Assembly (NCBI GenBank): GCA_963705705.1
Contig: CAVPKK010000005.1
Location: 96,001-160,000, forward strand
DNA length: 64,000 nt
Direction of reading: 5' to 3'
Source of the DNA: an uncultured bacterium
Lineage (GTDB): Bacteria > Babelota > Babeliae > Babelales > JABCYS01
Shown: positions 61,601-64,000 of the stretch, piece by piece
How positions within the stretch are numbered: position 1 is the first letter of the stretch
How the letters are laid out: each line of letters starts with the position of its first letter
Position numbers and translations under genes: made by a program
The notes under the pieces: generated by a model
Seen by the model: the letters and a program-made list of their open reading frames with translations, nothing else
Databases searched by the model: none
Told to the model about the DNA's origin: nothing

Positions 61601-64000
61601 TGGATTTGATTTCAATGGTACGTTCAGCGAGTTGATCGATATAAAGACAGAGTTAGTCCAAGGCTTTAATGGCACATTCTCAAGCCTTGAATTTATCGAA
61701 GAGCTTATTGTAGATGAGTTTAATGGCACCTTCAGTGAGTTGATCGATATCAAGACTGAGTTGGTCGCTTACTTCAATAGTACCTTCACCATGTTGAATG
61801 CTATTGATGATGAGATTGTTTCAGGCTTCAATGGTACGTTCACAACCCTAGCAGATCTCGAAGCGCTAATCATTGATGAGTTCAATGGAACCTTCAGTGA
61901 GCTAATTGATATCAAGACGGAGCTTGTCGCTGACTTCAATGGCACCTTTAGTGATTTAATCGATATTAAGACGGAGTTGGTGCAGAATTTCAACGGCACC
62001 TTCACTGTGCTAGCAGACATTCAAGCAACATTAACTTCAATTATTGGATTTGATTTTAACGGTACATTCAGTGAGTTGATCGATATCAAGGCTGAACTAG
62101 TACAAGGCTTTAATGGCACATTCACAGTCCTAGCAGATCTCGAAGCGCTAATCATTGACGACTTTAATGGTACTTTCAGTGAACTTATAGATATAAAGAC
62201 CGAGTTGGTTCAGGACTTCAATGGCACGTTCACTGTGCTAGCTGACATTCAAGCAACACTGACTTCAATTCTTGGATTTGATTTCAATGGCACATTCAGT
62301 GAATTGATCGATATTAAGACTGAGTTGGTACAGAACTTCAACGGCACATTTACAATGTTGAATGCTATTGAGGATGATATTGAATCTGGCTTTAATGGTA
62401 CGTTCACAACCCTAGCAGATCTCGAAGCGCTAATCATTGATGAGTTCAATGGAACATTCAGTGAACTTATAGATATTAAGACCGAGTTAGTTCAAGATTT
62501 TAATGGAACCTTCAGCGAGTTGATCGATATCAAGAGCGAGCTCGTCCAAGGTTTTAATGGCACATTCACAATGCTCATTGATATTGACCACGACGTTGAT
62601 AAAGGATTTGCTGGTACCTTCACCGCGCTGGTGGACATTAAGTCTACGATTGTTAATGACTTTAATGGTACATTCACTGAGCTTAATGCACTTGCAGCAT
62701 GCTGCAGTAATAATGGCTCTGGATTGCAAGGCACATTCACGGTGTTGGCGGCATTACAATCATTCGTGGTTAATGAATTTAATGGCACGTTCAGTGAGTT
62801 AATCGATATAAAGTCTGAACTGGTTGCGGACTTTAATGGCACCTTCACAATGTTGAATGCGCTTGCAAATGGTATTGAGGTAGATCTATCCGGTGTATAT
62901 ACAACGCTTAATGGAAACTTTGCTGGCACATTTACAGAGCTTATAGATATCAAAACTGAGTTAGTTCAAGACTTTAACGGTACATTCACCGAGCTCAATG
63001 CGCTTGCCGCATGTTGTAGTAATAATGGCTCTGGATTGCAGGGCACATTCACGGTATTGGCAGACATTAAGTCTACTATCGTTAATGATTTTAATGGCAC
63101 GTTTACATCATTAAACTCATTTATATCCGAGTTCAATGGCACATTCACAAGTCTTGTTGATATTAAGACGACCATTGTTAACGACTTTAATGGTACATTC
63201 ACTGAGCTTAATGCGCTTGCCGCATGCTGTAGTAATAATGGCTCTGGATTGCAGGGCACATTCACGGCGTTGGCTGACATCAAATCAACAATTGTGAGTG
63301 ATTTTAATGGTACATTTACTGAGCTCAATTCAATTGCTGCATGCTGTAGTAATAATTTTGCAGAACTTCAGGGTACCTTCACGGTATTGGCTGACATCAA
63401 GTCCACGATTGTTAATGACTTCAACGGTACATTTACCGAGCTCAATGCAATTGCCGCATGCTGTAGTAATAATGGCTCAGGATTGCAGGGCACATTCACT
63501 GTATTGGCGGATATTAAGTCAACGATTGTTAATGACTTCAATGGTACATTTACATCGCTAAGCTTCATTACGACTGAGTTCAACGGCACATTCACTGCTC
63601 TAACGGATATTAAGTCGACAATTGTGAGTGATTTTAATGGTACATTTACCGAGCTCAATGCAATTGCTGCATGCTGCAGTAACAATTTTGCAGAACTTCA
63701 AGGGACCTTCACGGTGTTGGCTGATATTAAGTCCACGATAGTTAATGACTTCAATGGCACCTTTACATCGCTAAGTTTCATTACGACTGAGTTCAACGGC
63801 ACCTTCAGTGCGCTGACGGATATCAAGTCGACAATAGTGAGTGATTTTAATGGTACATTTACCGAGCTCAATGCAATCGCTGCATGCTGCAGTAATAATT
63901 TTGCAGAACTTCAGGGTACCTTCACGGTGCTGGCTGACATCAAATCCACGATTGTTAATGACTTCAATGGTACATTCACATCATTTAATTTCATTACAAC
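55602..64000 (+). CDS. Giant secreted repeat protein (>2790 aa, runs off the window), predicted coiled-coil fibre
   Basis: ATG 55602: MKLKLQSQLCKKISLFLTCIFAFQPPILALA signal peptide; same frame still open at 63960 (GAC TTC AAT GGT); not in the ORF track because no stop occurs in the window. Confidence 0.9.
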   Translation, partial: MKLKLQSQLCKKISLFLTCIFAFQPPILALAIPPSVNIVHPADEFEDIENLIRQLDEQAFGTNFNESELRKFVIRIHNSAERLNLVDRLPSLFLECRALISSDSAKVRRDDLVLALYDVIKWVADEVELNGSHANPALDILAVLKNRDKTTYQESVLSILDEASVFLGSAEPALITLSQLKEVYADGSDNNEFFNEGVLRLATRGSSCLRPKVEDCCAGTFTALADIKAELVEDFNGTFTVLNEILTQGVQVDLSSVFTFLVDIKTELVEDFNGTFSELIDIKSELVADFNGTFSMLKAIEACACAALSCDLSGVFTFLVDIKTELVDDFNGTFSELIDIKTELVQDFNGTFTVLADIQATLTSILGFDFNGTFSELIDIKIELVQDFNGTFSMLKAIEECACAASSCDLSGVYTILNDIKTELVEDFNGTFSELIDIKSELVADFNGTFTTLADLEVLIIDEFNGTFSELIDIKTELVQDFNGTFSVLADIQATLTSILGFDFNGTFSELIDIKTELVADFNGTFTMLVSIEDEITNDFNGTFSELIDIKTELVQNFNGTFSVLADIQATLTSIIGFDFNGTFSELIDIKAELVQGFNGTFTVLEDILVTLIADFNGTFSELIDIKTELVADFNGTFTMLNAIEDDIVSDFNGTFTVLADLEALIIDDFNGTFSELIDIKTELVQDFNGTFTVLADIQATLTSILGFDFNGTFSELIDIKIELVQDFNGTFSMLKAIEECACAASSCDLSGVFTFLADIKTELVDDFNGTFSELIDIKTELVADFNGTFTMLVSIEDEITNDFNGTFSELIDIKTELVQNFNGTFSELIDIKTELVQDFNGTFTVLADIQATLTSFLGFDFNGTFSELIDIKTELIQDFNGTFSMLKAIEECACAASSCDLSGVFTFLTDIKTELVDDFNGTFSELIDIKTELVADFNGTFTILADLESLIVDDFNGTFSELIDIKTELVQNFNGTFTVLADIQATLTSIIGFDFNGTFSELIDIKTELVQGFNGTFTMLVSIEDEIINDFNGTFSELIDIKTELIQDFNGTFSELIDIKTELVAEFNGTFTMLNNILESLNDDIESDFNGTFTVLAGIEALIIDEFNGTFSELIDIKSELVSNFNGTFSELIDIKTELVQDFNGTFTVLADIQATLTSFLGFDFNGTFSELIDIKAELVQGFNGTFTTLADLEALIIDEFNGTFSELIDIKSELVSNFNGTFSELIDIKTELVQDFNGTFTVLADIQATLTSFIGFDFNGTFSELIDIKTELVQGFNGTFTMLVSIEDEITNDFNGTFSELIDIKTELVQNFNGTFSELIDIKTELIADFNGTFTMLNNILESLNDDIESDFNGTFTVLAGIEALIIDEFNGTFSELIDIKTELVQDFNGTFSELIDIKTELVQNFNGTFTVLADIQATLTSIFGFDFNGTFSELIDIKTELVQGFNGTFTMLNAIEVEITNDFNGTFTELIDIKTELVQNFNGTFSELIDIKTELVADFNGTFTMLNAIEDDIVSDFNGTFTTLANLEALIIDEFNGTFSELIDIKSELVSNFNGTFSELIDIKIELVQDFNGTFTVLADIQATLTSIFGFDFNGTFSELIDIKTELVQGFNGTFTVLADLEALIIDEFNGTFSELIDIKTELVADFNGTFSTLEFIEELIVDEFNGTFSELIDIKTELVQNFNGTFTVLADIQATLTSIIGFDFNGTFSELIDIKAELVQGFNGTFTVLEDILVTLIADFNGTFSELIDIKSELVADFNGTFTMLNAIEDDIESGFNGTFTTLADLEALIIDEFNGTFSELIDIKTELVQDFNGTFSELIDIKTELVAYFNGTFTMLNAIEDDIVSDFNGTFTTLANLEVLIIDDFNGTFSELIDIKTELVQDFNGTFTVLADIQATLTSILGFDFNGTFSELIDIKTELVQNFNGTFTMLNAIEDDIVSDFNGTFTVLADLEALIIDDFNGTFSELIDIKTELVQDFNGTFTVLADIQATLTSILGFDFNGTFSELIDIKTELVQGFNGTFSSLEFIEELIVDEFNGTFSELIDIKTELVAYFNSTFTMLNAIDDEIVSGFNGTFTTLADLEALIIDEFNGTFSELIDIKTELVADFNGTFSDLIDIKTELVQNFNGTFTVLADIQATLTSIIGFDFNGTFSELIDIKAELVQGFNGTFTVLADLEALIIDDFNGTFSELIDIKTELVQDFNGTFTVLADIQATLTSILGFDFNGTFSELIDIKTELVQNFNGTFTMLNAIEDDIESGFNGTFTTLADLEALIIDEFNGTFSELIDIKTELVQDFNGTFSELIDIKSELVQGFNGTFTMLIDIDHDVDKGFAGTFTALVDIKSTIVNDFNGTFTELNALAACCSNNGSGLQGTFTVLAALQSFVVNEFNGTFSELIDIKSELVADFNGTFTMLNALANGIEVDLSGVYTTLNGNFAGTFTELIDIKTELVQDFNGTFTELNALAACCSNNGSGLQGTFTVLADIKSTIVNDFNGTFTSLNSFISEFNGTFTSLVDIKTTIVNDFNGTFTELNALAACCSNNGSGLQGTFTALADIKSTIVSDFNGTFTELNSIAACCSNNFAELQGTFTVLADIKSTIVNDFNGTFTELNAIAACCSNNGSGLQGTFTVLADIKSTIVNDFNGTFTSLSFITTEFNGTFTALTDIKSTIVSDFNGTFTELNAIAACCSNNFAELQGTFTVLADIKSTIVNDFNGTFTSLSFITTEFNGTFSALTDIKSTIVSDFNGTFTELNAIAACCSNNFAELQGTFTVLADIKSTIVNDFNGTFTSFNFIT
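56247..64000 (+). repeat. Coding tandem repeat array, consensus DFNGTFSELIDIKTELVQ (54 bp) with 33/42/63/66-bp variants
   Basis: Recurrent GAYTTYAAYGGNACNTTY; roughly 130-140 units (estimated from length). Confidence 0.95.

Noticed and set aside
56057..63685. Many minus-strand ORFs with 'NVPLKS' repeats
   Set aside because: Antisense shadows of the giant plus-strand repeat gene; fragmented by stops and lacking signal peptides
56247..64000. Possible CRISPR array (recurring ~18-bp motif with variable intervening sequence)
   Set aside because: The motif varies at third codon positions, intervening segments are themselves repeated, spacing is in multiples of 3 within an open frame, and there are no cas genes

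Overview
64-kb bacterial chromosomal segment. It most resembles a protist-associated intracellular bacterium such as Ca. Babeliae/Dependentiae (TM6); this is an inference from the many signal-peptide orphan proteins, a membrane PPase and the scattered housekeeping genes. Housekeeping genes include rpsF, rnhB, ftsY, tyrS, umuCD, hppA, gatB, rng, ruvA, tRNA-Gly, mnmE, two ddl-like genes, orn, atpD, lon, murJ, comM, acpS and prfB. Four things stand out. (1) A ~10-kb tandem array of secreted proteins (782-10983); three members carry a basic NLS-like patch plus an F-box-like motif, and one is broken by two frameshifts. (2) About 15 copies of a polar hairpin repeat (CGCTCATCCTGAG-N5-CGAAGGAT..AGCG) that nests inside itself and is inserted in-frame seven times into five housekeeping proteins. 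(3) A giant ORF absent from the ORF track (55602 to beyond 64000, >2790 aa), built of 'DFNGTF' repeats mostly 11/14/18/21/22 aa long, predicted to be a very long coiled-coil fibre with Cys motifs. (4) Two tandem Cys-rich beta-helix paralogues with conserved ends and divergent cores. Smaller oddities include a probable ATT start for mnmE and apparently catalytically dead S24 and M50 protease homologues.
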